47,291 bases of DNA from Eledone cirrhosa (taxonomy: Eukaryota): positions 1 through 47,291 of the forward strand of contig CAXHJY010000285.1 in assembly GCA_964016885.1 (NCBI GenBank), read 5' to 3'. The translations under genes and the position numbers were made by a program. Shown piece after piece: positions 13,601 to 25,949 of the stretch. Position 1 is the stretch's first letter, and every line of letters starts with the position of its first letter. The notes beneath the pieces are model-generated. The model made no database searches, was not told the origin of the DNA, and saw only the letters and a list, made by a program, of their open reading frames with translations.

Positions 13601-13887
13601 ATACTTACGTTAATATATATACATGACAAATTTTATTGAGTACTTTATATATATACTAATATATATACATGACAAATTTTATTGAGTACTTTACTTACTA
13701 TGGTTACACGGGCCCTCACACACACACACACACACACATGTATGTATATATTAATGTACGTATATAATGTATATATCAAGGTGTGTATGTGTGTGTATGT
13801 ATATATTAACGTATGTATATAATGTATATATTAAGGTATCTATGTATGTGTGTGCTACAATAAGAAAATCTGAAAGAATTTACTAAC

Positions 13888-14275
13888 CATATGCAGCAAC
13901 AAGCGGTGTTAAAACGGCCACTACCAAAATCTTGAGGGTTCCATAGTATTCGAGAAGTTCCAAAGACCATGCCGAATAAAAGAGATAGGCGAAGAGTGCC
14001 GAAATAAAAATTTCCGAAATTATTCGTTCGTAACTTATTGGTGGATGGGAATAGATTCGTTTCAACTGTTTGATTTCTTCCACGTAACTTGGGTCATTGT
14101 TGGCACAGTGTACATAAAATGGTATTCTCCAGAGGTCCCGGAACCAACCAATTCCACAACCTGCCAGGCTTGTCCACCACACAAGAGCCTGGTTGTCTCT
14201 GTATAAGTATATATGATGAATACCGAATAGTCCGCCGAATAACCACAGAATGTAAGCTACCATAACATTCACCAT
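13888..14275 (-). CDS. DNAJC22: DNAJC22/wurst-like membrane J-protein, first coding exon (TM2 domain)
   Basis: MVNVMVAYILWLFGGLFGIHHIYLYRDNQALVWWTSLAGCGIGWFRDLWRIPFYVHCANND matches the TM2-domain N-terminus of DNAJC22. ATG at 14275; exon ends TAT G|GTTAGT (donor at 13887). Length 388 nt = phase 1. Confidence 0.9.
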
Positions 14276-14283
14276 GATGACTG

Positions 14284-15123
14284 TAGTTGTGATAGTGGTG
14301 GTGGTGATGGTTATAGTCGTGGTGGTGGTTGTGGTGTTGATGATGGTGGTGGTGGTGGTGGTGGTGAGGATGGTGGTGGTGGTGGAGGTGATTGTGGTGG
14401 TGATGGTGGTGGTGGTGGTGGTGATAGTGGTGGTGGTTGTAGTCGTGGTGGTGGTTGTGGTGTGATGGTGGTGGTGGTCGTCGTGGAGGTGATTGTGGTG
14501 GTGGTGGTGGTAGTGGTGGTTGTGGAGGTGAGTGTGGGGATGGTGGTGATGGTTGTAGTCGTGGTGGTGATAGTCGTAGTGGTTGTGGTCTTGATGGTGG
14601 TGGTGGTAGTAGTGGTGGTGATTGTGGTGGTGGTGGTGATGGTTGTAGTCGTGGTGGTTGTGGTGTTGATGGTGGTGGTGGTCGTCGTGGAGGTGATCGT
14701 GGTGGTGGTGGTGGTGGTGATAGTAGTGGTGGTAGTGGTGGTCGTGGAGGTGATGGTGGTGGTGATGGTGGTGATGGTTGTAATCGTGGTGGTGATGGTC
14801 GTGGTGGTTGTGGTGTTGATGGTGGTAGTGGTAGTGGTAGTGGTGGTCGTAGTGGTGATCGTGGTGCTGGTAGTAGTGATGGTGATAGTGGTGGTGGTTA
14901 TGGTAGTGGTGTTGCTGGCGGTAGTGGTAATGGTGGCGGTGGTGATAGTAATGGGGAGGAGGGTAGTAGTAGTAGTGGTGGTGGTTGTGGTGCTGGTGCT
15001 GATGGTGGTTGTGGTGGTCGTGTGGGGGCGGGTCGTGACGGTTGGGGGAGGGCTGGTAGTGGTTGTGGTGGTGGTGATGTTGGTGGTGGTAGTGGTGGTT
15101 GTGGTGGTGGTTGTGGTGGTAGT
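14284..15123. repeat. Degenerate (GGT)n repeat abutting the DNAJC22 start
   Basis: Direct inspection. Confidence 0.9.
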
Positions 15124-15177
15124 ATAAATAGTGGTGACAGTGGTGTGACTATATATCCGTTTGACTGCAGGTTTCGT

Positions 15178-15468
15178 TGCAACAGTTGTCACCTCTCACC
15201 TGCAACAGTTGTCACCTCTCACCTGCAACAGTTGTCACCTCTCACCTGCAACATTGTCATCTCTCACCTGCAACAGTTGTCACCTCTCACCTGCAACAGT
15301 TGTCACCTCTCTCCTGTAGCAGTTGTCACCTCTCACCTGCAACAGTTGTCACCTCTCACCTGCAACAGTTGTCACCTCTCACCTGTAGCAGTTGTCATCT
15401 CTCACCTGCAACAGTGCAACAGTTGTCACCTCTCGCCTGCAACGGTTGTCACCTCTCACCTGTAACAG
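15178..15468. repeat. 23-bp minisatellite, ~12 copies
   Basis: TGCAACAGTTGTCACCTCTCACC units. Confidence 0.95.
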
Positions 15469-15807
15469 CTTCTTCGTATTGTGGCTATTGAGAAACAAGG
15501 AAAGAGAGAAACAAATGTTTAATCTATTTTAACCCCTACAAAAGACCCTAGTTACAAAGCTGTCTTAGGTAACAGGCACACTGTTAGAGACCCAATGCTA
15601 ATCTATGTATATTGTGGGTTGTGCAGGGTCGGATTTAATGGGGGAAAGGGGCAATTGCCCTGGGAACTCTGCTGTGGAGGGCAGGTATTGCTAGAGTATC
15701 AGACAATATGCTTCCAGCATATTGTTACGATCTTTTATGTTTTGAATTTGAATCCTGCTGAGGTTAACTTTGACTTTAATGCTTACATGGTCGATAAAGT
15801 AAAGAGG

Positions 15808-16056
15808 CAGGGCCAGATATAATGGGGAGGCAAAAGGAACAATTTCCCTGGGCCTCACAGGCGACAGCCGTAACTTTGATTTGTGCCCTCAGCTGGGATT
15901 ATTAGTTTTAGGATGGTTAGAATTTTTTAGTTTAATACCTGTATGTATAACTTTTCATTTCCAATTACTTGCATCAAGCTAACTTCGATATTGGGGGATT
16001 TGTTGTGTATGAGCCCCCCCCCCCCACCATCCCCGTTTTAATCCAATCCTAGCACT
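15808..16056. mobile_element. hAT-type MITE, same family as 6759-7048, opposite orientation
   Basis: Starts CAGGGCCAGATATAAT; internal TTTAGGATGGTTAGAAT...TACCTGTATGTATAACTTTTC matches the reverse complement of ~6855-6950; another left end at ~15624. Confidence 0.7.
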
Positions 16057-16373
16057 GCCTAACGTTAAAGGAATGTAGTAGAGATTAATGCAAAGACTCA
16101 GTTTTCGGTGATAATATTAATCCTAACTACAAAGTAACTTTAATCCACTCCACCCCTCTATACGCCATAACAACCAGTTTTTGATCTGCTGGACTTCCAC
16201 CCGTTCTAACGATGAGCGTCCCATTTGTTCGAACAACGAAACAAACAACTCGCGAAATTAATTTGAAAGTTGTTGAGCATTCCACAGACACGTGTTCCCT
16301 TCATGTAGTTTTCAATGAAATTCAACGTGACTCAGTGTATGACAAGGTTAACCTTTTGAATTACAGGTACATC

Positions 16374-16616
16374 CAGGGCCGGATTTATATGGGCACTCAG
16401 CTGGGCCTTTTACCTTTAGGATGGTTAGAATTTTTTTATTTAATACCTGCATGTATAACTTTTAAATTCCAGTTACTTTCACGAAGCTAACTTTGATATG
16501 TAAAATCGTGGTGGTGGTGGTGGTGGGGTGGGTGCTATGTTTTCTAATTTTTTGTGTATGAGGGGTCCCCCAAACCTGAAGTGTTCCGGGCCCTCCAAGG
16601 TCTAAGTCCAATCCTG
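16374..16616. mobile_element. hAT-type MITE, same family
   Basis: CAGGGCCGGATTTA ... TAAGTCCAATCCTG with the shared internal sequence. Confidence 0.7.
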
Positions 16617-17239
16617 TTCACAGCATGTTCCATGCTTCCCAAGATTCGCCAACACTACACCTAATATTCCCCCTCCATACACTCACACACATGTATATCA
16701 TGAGTCATACACTATTCACTTCCCTGACATTTGTATATTATTCTATATATACATCTCTTCACCTTTCAACCATGTCATGTCCACATCAATCCCTGAATAG
16801 GATATCATTGTAGAGTAACAAAAGACCCACCATCTCCCTCTCAAATGACCCCAAAGTTCTGTAAAGGTCTGGCTTTCTGTGGGTAACAACTCATCAATGC
16901 CCCACCCCTTCAAAACCTGGGATATACTTCAACTGGACATCAACACTTTCCAGAATAATTTGGACATTCTACATCATGACAAGAGGAACAGATGAGGGCA
17001 CAGCAGTGTCAAACTCCTCCATTCATCAAATACTTAGTGCTAGGTTGCACTAAGTATGTATATATATATATATATATATACATATACATTTACATATATA
17101 TTCACACACATAATTTACATACATAATATATACATGCATGCATGTATTTGTGTGTGTGAAAATAAGGTGCTTATACGTGGCTGTTACACTGTAACTTCCC
17201 GTGTTTGTGTTTATGCGTCCGTGTTTAAGTGTGCGCCTG

Positions 17240-17387
17240 TCTTTGTAACTTAACGGTTCGACAAAAAGAAATCGATAAATTATGTACTAGACTGGAACTA
17301 AATAAGTATTGGGTTGATACTATCGACTAAATAAAGGCGTTGCCCCATCATGACCGCAGTCTTCTGAGTGAAACAAATGCAAGTATA
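17240..17387 (+). mobile_element. SINE-like fragment (different family)
   Basis: AACGGTTCGACAAAAAGAAATCGATAAATTATGTACTAG...AAGGCGTTGCCCCATCATGACCGCAGTC...GAAACAAAT resembles abundant octopod SINE 3' halves as recalled; single copy here. Confidence 0.5.
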
Positions 17388-17749
17388 ACAGAATATGTAA
17401 GAACGTAAAATAAACATACAAACCTTTGATCAGTTGGTGATGAGGTCTATCTTGAGTGTGTGTGTGTGAGAGAGAGATAGGGAGGGAGAGAGGGAGAGAG
17501 AGAGGGGGAGAGATAGAGAGGGGGGGGGGGCAGAGGGAGAGAGATAGAGATTGAGAGAGAGGCGGAGAGAGAGAGAGAGAGGGGAACTATATTTACTGCA
17601 ACACCTGTCGTCAGGTGAAAAAAATATCAATAAACCACCTCATAGCTTACTTCAATACTAAACATACACTCACACGCAGACATACACACATATACTCACA
17701 CGCACACCCACACACACATACACCAACATATATACACACGACTACTACA

Positions 17750-19895
17750 ATACACACACACACTTCTACTACTACCTTCATACACACACACTTCTACCCC
17801 CACCATCACACACACACTTCTACCACCACCATCACACACACTTCTACCACCACCACCATCACACAAACTTCTACCACCACCAATACACACACTTCTATCA
17901 CAACCATCCCACACACTTCTACCACCACCATTACACACACTTCTACCACCACCATCCCACACACTTGTACCACCACCATCACACACATTTCTACCACCAC
18001 CATCACACACACTTCTACCACCACCACCATCACACACACTTCTACCACCACCATCACACACACTTCTACCACCACCATCATACACACTTCTACCACAACC
18101 ACCATCACACACACTTCTACCACCACCATCACACACACTTCTACCACCACCAATACACACACTTCTACCACCACCATCATACACGCTTCTACCACCGCCA
18201 CCACCATCACACAGACATCTACCACCACCGATACACACACTTCTACCACAACCAATACACACTCTTTTACCACCAACATCACACACACCACTACCATCAC
18301 ACAAACTTCTACCACCAACAATACACACACTTCTATCACAACCATCCCACACACTTCTACCACCACCATCACACACACTTCTACCACATCATCCCACACA
18401 CTTGTACCACCACCAATACACGCACTTCCGCCACCACCAATACACACACTTCTACCACCACCATCACACACACTTCTACCACCACCATCACACAGACTTC
18501 TACCACCACCATCACACAGACTTCTACCACCACCAATACACACACTTCTACCACCACCATCATACACACTTCTACCACAACCACCATCACACACACTTCT
18601 ACCACCACCATCACACACACATCTACCACCACCAATACACACACTTCTACCACAACCACCATCACACACACTTCTACCAGCACCAATACACACACTTCTA
18701 CCACCACCATCACACGCACTTCTACCACCGCCATCACACACACTTCTACCACCACCACCATCACACACACTTCCACCACCATCACACACACTTCTACCAC
18801 CACCATCATACACACTTCTATCACCGCCACCACCATCACACACACATCTACCACCACCATCACACACACTTCTACTACCACCACCATCACACATACTTCT
18901 ACCACCACCATCACACACACTTCTACCACCACCGATACACACACTTCTACCACCACCACCATCACACACACTTCTACCACCACCAATAGACACACTTCTA
19001 CCACCACCATCACACATACTTCTACCACCACCATCACACACACTTCTACCACCACCAATACACACACTTCTACCACCACCATCACACACTTCTACCACCA
19101 CCATCACACACACTTCCACCAGCACCAATACACACACTTCTACCACCATCATCACACACACTTCTACCACCACCATCACACACACTTCTACCACCACCAC
19201 CATCACACACACTTCTACCACCACCAATAAACCCACTTCTACCACCACCATCATACACACTTCTTTCACCGCCACCACCATCACACACACTTTTACCACC
19301 ACCATCACACACACTTCTACCACCACCACCATCACACACACTTCTACCACCACCAATACACACACTTCTACCACCACCACCATCACACACACTTCTACCA
19401 CCACCAATACACACACTTCTACCACCACCATCACACACACTTCTACCACCACCATCACACACACTTCTACCACCACCATCACACACACTTTTACCACCAC
19501 CATCACACACACTTCTACCACCACCACCATCACACACACTTCTACCACCACCAATACACACACTTCTACCACCACCATCACACACACTTCTACCACCACC
19601 ATCACACACACTTTTACCACCACCATCACACACACTTCTACCACCACCAATACACACACTTCTACCACCACCATTACACACACTTCTACCACCACCAATA
19701 CACATACTTCTACCACCACCATCATACACACTTCTACCACCACCATCATACACACTTCTACCCCCACCACCATCACATACACTTCTACCACAACCATCAC
19801 ACACACATCTACCACAACCAATACACACACTTCTACCACAACCATCACACACACTTCTACCACCACCACCACCATCACACACACTTCTACCACCA
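17750..19895. repeat. Minisatellite, 24-27-bp unit (CACACACACTTCTACCACCACCAT), ~85 copies
   Basis: Direct inspection; source of the THTSTTTI pseudo-ORF. Confidence 0.95.
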
Positions 19896-20843
19896 TCGCC
19901 ACTACCTCCAACACAACCATCTCCACTACTACCACCAATATCACCACCACCACTACCATCACCACAAGCACCAATACTACCACCCCCACTACCACAACCA
20001 GGAAAATCATCACTATCACTACCACTACCTTCATGGCTACCACCACTACTCCCACCATTACCATCACAACCACAACCACCAGCACTACCACCACAACTAC
20101 CATCACAACTAACATCACAACCACAACCACCACTACCACCACAACTACCATCAGAACCACTGCTACCAGAACTAACATCACAACCACAACCACCACAATT
20201 ACCATCACCACAACAACCACCACTACCATCACAACCACAACCACTACTAGTACCACCACAACTACCATCACAACCACAACCACCAGCACTACCACCACAA
20301 CTACCATCACAACTAACATCACAACCACAACCACCACTACCACCACAACTACCATCACAACTAACATCACAACCACCACTACCATCACAACTACCATCAC
20401 AACCACAACCACCACAATTACCATCACCACAACAACCACCACTACCCTCACAACCACAACCACTACTACTACCACCATAACTACCATCACAACCACAACC
20501 ACTACTACTACCACCACAACTACCATCACAATCACAACCACCAACACTACCATCACCACCACAACCACCACAATTACCATTACCACAACCACCACCACTA
20601 CCACCACAACTACTACTACTAGCACCATAACTACCATCACAACCACCACCACAACCACTACAACTACTAACACCACAACCACCACTACTACCACTACTCA
20701 CACCACAACCACCACTACTACCACTACTAACACCACAACCACCACCACTACCACTACTAACACCACAACCACCACCACTACCACTACTAGAACCACTACC
20801 ACCAACATCACTACCACTAACACACTACTACCAATACACCACT
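19896..20843. repeat. Degenerate (ACC/ACT/ACA)n repeat
   Basis: Direct inspection. Confidence 0.9.
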
Positions 20844-20859
20844 ATGTGTGTATCCGCCA

Positions 20860-21360
20860 CAGTCTGTGTGTGTGTGTATGTTTGTGTGTAAGTGTATGCC
20901 TGAATGTATGTATGTTCTAAGTATGTTCGTGTGTCTAAAAGTCTGTGTATGTTTGTGTTGTGTGTGCGTGTGTGTCGGTCTGAATATATGTTTGTGTGTC
21001 TATAAGTTATGTGTGTGTGTGTGTGTGTGAATGTATATCTGTGCTTATGTATGTGTGCGTGTCTATAAGTTATGTGTGTGTATGTGTGTGTGTATGTGTC
21101 TGAATGTATATCTGTGCCTATCTATCTGTGTGTGTCTATAAGTTATGTGTGTGTGTGTGCCTATGTATGTTTGTGTGTCTATAAGTTGAGTGTGTGTGTG
21201 TGTGTTTCTGAATGTATATCTGTGCCTATGTATGTGTGTGTGCCTATGTATGTTTGTGTGTCTATAAGTTGTGTGTGTGTGTGTGTGTTTCTGAATGTAT
21301 ATCTGTGCCTATGTGTGTGTGTGTGTCTATAAGTTATGTGTGTGTATGTTCATGTATGTC
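20860..21360. repeat. TG-rich compound minisatellite
   Basis: Recurring TCTATAAGTTATGTGTG and CTGAATGTATATCTGTGCCTATG units. Confidence 0.85.
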
Positions 21361-21484
21361 TGTGGCTGAAGATTGTTCCAATAAGATTTAAGGCAGAATT
21401 TGGCTGCTATTTCTAGCAAGTTGTAAGTCGATCTCATTGGCCACACGCTATTCATAAGGGAGACAACTATCATTTTTCAGTCCC

Positions 21485-23091
21485 CTTCTTCTTCTTCTTC
21501 TTCTTCTTCTTCTTCTTCTTCTTCTTCTTCTTCTTCTTCTTCTTCTCCCACTGCGAGACCAGCCAAGCTCATGGATGTTGTCCCATTATCTTCATTAGAG
21601 TTTAGCCCTGGATCTCCTGCCGGTTGGTTTGCTCGTAAAATCTGTCCAACGATTGTTTCCAGAGACATTCTAACCACATACCCATAGTATCGGAGTTGTA
21701 ATCTCTCAATTCTGAGAAGTAGCGGCTCTACTTGAAGTGACTCTCTGATCTCCGAGCTACGCACTTTATCGAGTATCGTTACACCAAAGGCCCTTCGGAG
21801 GAACCCTATTTCGACCGCTTGTATTCGTGATCGTATTCTTTCGGCCATTATCCAAGATTCATGGCCATAGGTAAGATTTGGCAAAAATACCGAATTGAAG
21901 GTAGCGAGTTTGGTTTTTACCCCTACCTCCCTTAGAATGCTGAAGCTGACTCATTACTGCACCAGTTCCTGCAATTCTTGCACTTAATTCAGCCTCCTGC
22001 CTTCCATCCCTCGGGAACACGGTGCCGAGATACTTGAACTTCTCTACAAGCTTCAGTAGAACTACATTCACATGCAGATTCACTGATTTCCATTCTAGCC
22101 ATGCAACACTCGGCATCAATCCTATCAAATGCAAGTCGGAAATCACTTTCTGTCGAGTTAAGTAATACCATGTCGTCTGCAAATTCTAGCTGACTGATTT
22201 TACACCTGCCCGTCGTGATACCACTTCCAACTCGGTTGCGTATATCAATCCTGTTCATGAAAATAATGAACAGGAGAGGTGGCAGTGCGCACCCTTGACA
22301 GTGTCCGACTCCCACACTGAATGGTTTTGATTTAATACCATTTATCTCAACACAAATACTTAGAGCAGCAAAACACTGACTATCAATCCCATACTCCTGC
22401 AGAATTTTCCACTGCAGGTCCCGGGAAACGCAGTCATATGCCTTTTCGAGGTTTTCAAAAGTAGAATATACCTTTTGGCAATGATCCCAGAATTTTACGA
22501 AGACCTGCTGCAGTGTGAATATTTGGGCGGCTGTGCTGCGTCCTGGGCGAAAACCGCACTGTTTATCAGCTAGCTTGGACTCAATAATCTCCCTGCGTTT
22601 TCTTTGCCAGACACTTAGCATAGATTTTACCAGGAAGCCTTAAGAAGGAGAACCCTCTGCAATTTGAACAATCTCTCTTGTCTCTCTTTTTGAAAATTGG
22701 AATTATCACTTCCGATTGCCATTGCTTGGGTGCTTTTCCAGAGATTCAGGCCACTCGGATCACACTAGTCAGCCAGGGAATGTCTTCTCTATTTAAGGCT
22801 TTTAACTTCTTGGGCCGGATTTCATCTTCCCCAGTGGTTTTGCCACATTTGAGCTCTTTAACTGCTCTGTGGCCTTACCCCCGAGAGATTAGTCACCGCT
22901 CCAAGATGCACCTAAGGTTCATCAGAAGATACTGTTATGGTAGGGTTTAGGAGATCACCAAATCATTCTCTCTACCTCGCAAGAATGCAACTCTCTGAAG
23001 AGAGGAAAACCCCAGATGCGCTCCTGATAACAGGTGTGGAGAAGGACTTCTTATTACGAAGTCGGTGGATCGTCTGCTAAAACACTTTTTC
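21485..23091 (-). mobile_element. RTE-clade LINE, decayed RT domain with (GAA)n tail
   Basis: QCGFRPGRST, LEKAYD, GHCQGCALPPLLF, FADD, VEKFKYLG, LTYGHESW, QLRYYG motifs across frameshifted ORFs; linker KVF*QTIHRLR...GDLLNP at ~22945-23091; tail at 21487-21546. Confidence 0.92.
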
Positions 23092-23094
23092 ACG

Positions 23095-23350
23095 ACATGT
23101 GTATGCATGTATCCAATGATGTTGACCAGTTCTCCTTTTCGGGTAGTGTTTCGATGCTCAGAGAGTGGGATTGGTCGAGTGCAAGGCCTTTCACCACTTA
23201 AAAAACCTTCAAAGCACAGGCATTGCTTGTTCAGAATCTGTTACAGGTTCGTGTGGCTGGCCGTAACCTAAAAGTGCACCAAACTCTATAATCTGACGAG
23301 CGATTGCAATACTCTTAGCAGAGTTTGCAGCCATCATGTATGTATGTATG
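23095..23350 (+). mobile_element. Bipartite non-autonomous RTE derivative (5'UTR piece + 3' end)
   Basis: Homologous to the reverse complement of ~24930-25130 (GAGTGGGATTGG...ACTT(T)AAAAAA...CACAGGCAT); ends GCAGCCATCAT-(GTAT)n. Confidence 0.65.
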
Positions 23351-23700
23351 CAAGAAACTCCTTTCCAGAAATAACTTCTGAAGAGAAGAAATGTGTGATG
23401 TCCGAAAGAGTATCCTCCACCTCCAACTAACTTACCCTCAACCAACACCAACAAAACCACTATCACTACTACCACCTCAACCGTCACCACCACAACCACT
23501 ACAGGATGGAGACTACATTGCCTCGAGTGGGGTGAAGAAGACGCGCTGAAACAACCACTCCACCTTGCGGAGTTCACACCTGTGGAAAGCCAACTCCGCT
23601 CCGACAGCAGTTTGAAGGGAGGTGGTCCGGATGCCAAGAGCACCGAAAGGTTTTAATTTAAATAAAAGCAAAGAAATTTGGTCAACCAAATTAATAGAAA
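23351..23700. mobile_element. Unclassified element X abutting (CATA)n; second copy inverted at ~24007-24122
   Basis: ~23351-23440 and ~23520-23546 match the reverse complement of ~24007-24122. Confidence 0.6.
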
Positions 23701-24008
23701 GTGAGGCTTGGTGTGGCGCTGGATGGCAGGAGGACCCCTTGGTTCAATCATGAGGTCAAAGATACCACCCGAGTAAAAAAGAAGGTCTATAAAGATTGGC
23801 CTGGAAATAATTGTTTCTACTTTTGGCTCAAGGCGAGCAATTATCCCAGTGTATTACTGGCACTTTATTTTATCGACCCCGTAAGGATGAAAGGCAAAGT
23901 TATGCTGTAGAAGCAGGTATGAAGAATCACAGCAGAGACAGTAAAGGCGCCTAACGTTAATACATGGGAAGACTTTGGGGTTAATCTGGAATCCGACTTC
24001 AGGTCTGC
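23701..24008 (+). mobile_element. RTE linker fragment, inverted relative to 21485-23091, interrupted by a SINE
   Basis: GRRTPWFNHEVKDTTRVKKKVYKDW ... TWEDFGVNLESDFRSA; minus-strand SINE piece at 23807-23901. Confidence 0.75.
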
Positions 24009-24141
24009 GCGTCTTTCTCGCCGTCCTCAGGAAGGTAAGTTAGTTGGATGTGGAGGATACTCGTTCGGACTTCACACATTTCCTCTTCGTTCCAGAAGTT
24101 ATTTCTGGAAAGGATTTTCTTACATACATACATACATACAT

Positions 24142-24905
24142 TCGAAGATATCACCCATGTCATAATCAGCTGTCCTTGATGTAGTGTCTAAAACACTGTA
24201 CAATGCAATCCATAGAAAAGATAGCCCAAACAATAAACGCATTAAAAGTTACGGCAATGTGGAAGACATCCAAGTACATAATATGAAAGAGTACTGGTGG
24301 AATGTTCCAGTAAAAACCCCAATAGAATGCAGGCATAACAGACCAGATATAATGATATGGGACAGGGAAAATAAGGCATGCTCAGTAGTGGAAATTAGCT
24401 GCCCAACAGATGCCAATATAATATCAAAGATTAGCAAAAAGGAGAATATTTATGCCGAACTAATGAGAAATCTGCAGATACTCCACCCTGATTACACCTT
24501 CAGATTTATGCCTGTGATTATTGGGGCACTGGGATATGTTAGTAACTGCCTCAATACAAATCTTGAGAAGCTGGGCTTCACAGAAACGGAAAGAACACAA
24601 GTTAGGAAATTACAAGTACAATCCATTAATAAAACAGTAAAAATATGTAAAACATTCCAAAAATGTTGCATCTAATAACTGCATATACACATGTACAGAT
24701 ACAAAGCGTATACACATGCACACATACAACTCAAAACATCCACATCCACACATACAATAACATCCATATCTACACATGCATGCATGCAGACATGCATACA
24801 TATCTACCTAGTTGATGTTGTGTAAATTCAAATGAGAGTCATGTCTATGTTAGAACCCGACTCTCTCTATTGGTAGACATTTATAAAATAATAAAACCAG
24901 AAGAA
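24142..24905 (+). mobile_element. 5'-truncated R4/Dong-like non-LTR retrotransposon (restriction-like endonuclease)
   Basis: EYWWNVPVKTPIECRHNRPDIMIWDRENKACSVVEISCPTDANI...KENIYAEL...PVIIGALG; HVIISCP zinc-knuckle remnant upstream; (CATA)n on both sides. Confidence 0.85.
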
Positions 24906-24929
24906 CATACATTCATTCATACATACATA

Positions 24930-25285
24930 CATGATGATGGCTGCCCCCTCGTTATCGAGTATGGCCATTGCACGATATGACATTATTAATAATTATCAAT
25001 TAAGCTATCGTGCTATGCCTGTGCGTGAAGACTTTTTTAAAGTGAGGAAAGACTGAGCACTGAGCCAATCCCACTCTTTGAGCTACAGTAGCTATAACCC
25101 GAAAAGAAGAAAAGATCAACATCATCGGTAACTACTGAGCCGCACGTTTTATGTCGGAGTTATCCCAGTTTCCTGAGTTGCCTTCTCCTAGAAGAATGCC
25201 CTGACAAAAGCTAGGGGTCCTTCACTCCCAGTGGTTTAACCGAGCGATCGGGTATCCAGCCTAATTATTTCTATGTCGCCGCGCA
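24930..25285 (-). mobile_element. Bipartite non-autonomous RTE derivative
   Basis: 3' end CGTGCAATGGCCATACTCGATAACGAGGGGGCAGCCATCATCAT is identical to the LINE end at ~25606-25650; 5' part carries RTE 5'UTR-like motifs (GGAGAAGGCAACTC...AAAC; GAGTGGGATTGG). Confidence 0.7.
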
Positions 25286-25319
25286 TATAAATACACATAT
25301 ATATACATGTATATACACA

Positions 25320-25475
25320 TATACATATACACATATGTACATACATGTATATACATATTTACATATACACATATGTACATATGTATATACATATTTACAT
25401 ATACACATATGTACATATGTATATACATATTTACATATACACATATGTACATATGTATATACATATTTACACATT
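25320..25475. repeat. 36-bp minisatellite, ~4 copies
   Basis: TATACATATTTACATATACACATATGTACATATG recurs with 36-bp spacing. Confidence 0.85.
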
Positions 25476-25605
25476 TTTGGATGATCATTGACTCTTATAA
25501 ATTCTTCCGCATACATGCATACATGAATACAAACATACATACAAACATACATATATTCATACTTACATACAAACATACATAGATACATAGATACATACAT
25601 ACATA

Positions 25606-25715
25606 CATGATGATGGCTGCCCCCTCGTTATCGAGTATGGCCATTGCACGAGAAAAAAAAATAATGATAATAATAATAATAATAAATAAATAAAAAGCAA
25701 ATAAAAAAAAAAAAG

Positions 25716-25766
<51 letters not shown>

Positions 25767-25915
25767 CATACACACACACACACACACATATGCACACACA
25801 CATACATTAATAACAATAATAATAATAATAATAATAACAACAATAATAATAACGACAACAACAATAATAATATACATATACATATATATATACACACACA
25901 CGCACACACATAAGC

Positions 25916-25949
<34 letters not shown>

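Noticed and set aside
14455-15465. 336-aa Gly-rich ORF and overlapping poly-Val/Thr ORFs
   Set aside because: (GGT)n repeat plus the 23-bp minisatellite.
15178-15468. CRISPR-like array of 23-bp repeats
   Set aside because: No unique spacers and no cas genes; eukaryotic tandem minisatellite.
17615-20920. 1101-aa Thr/His/Pro-rich mucin-like ORF
   Set aside because: Minisatellite and (ACC)n repeat open in several frames on both strands; GTG start, no signal peptide, no splice support.
23378-23420. CTGAAGA...GAAA hammerhead-like core in element X
   Set aside because: Stem II and stem I do not pair, and the second copy lacks the core.
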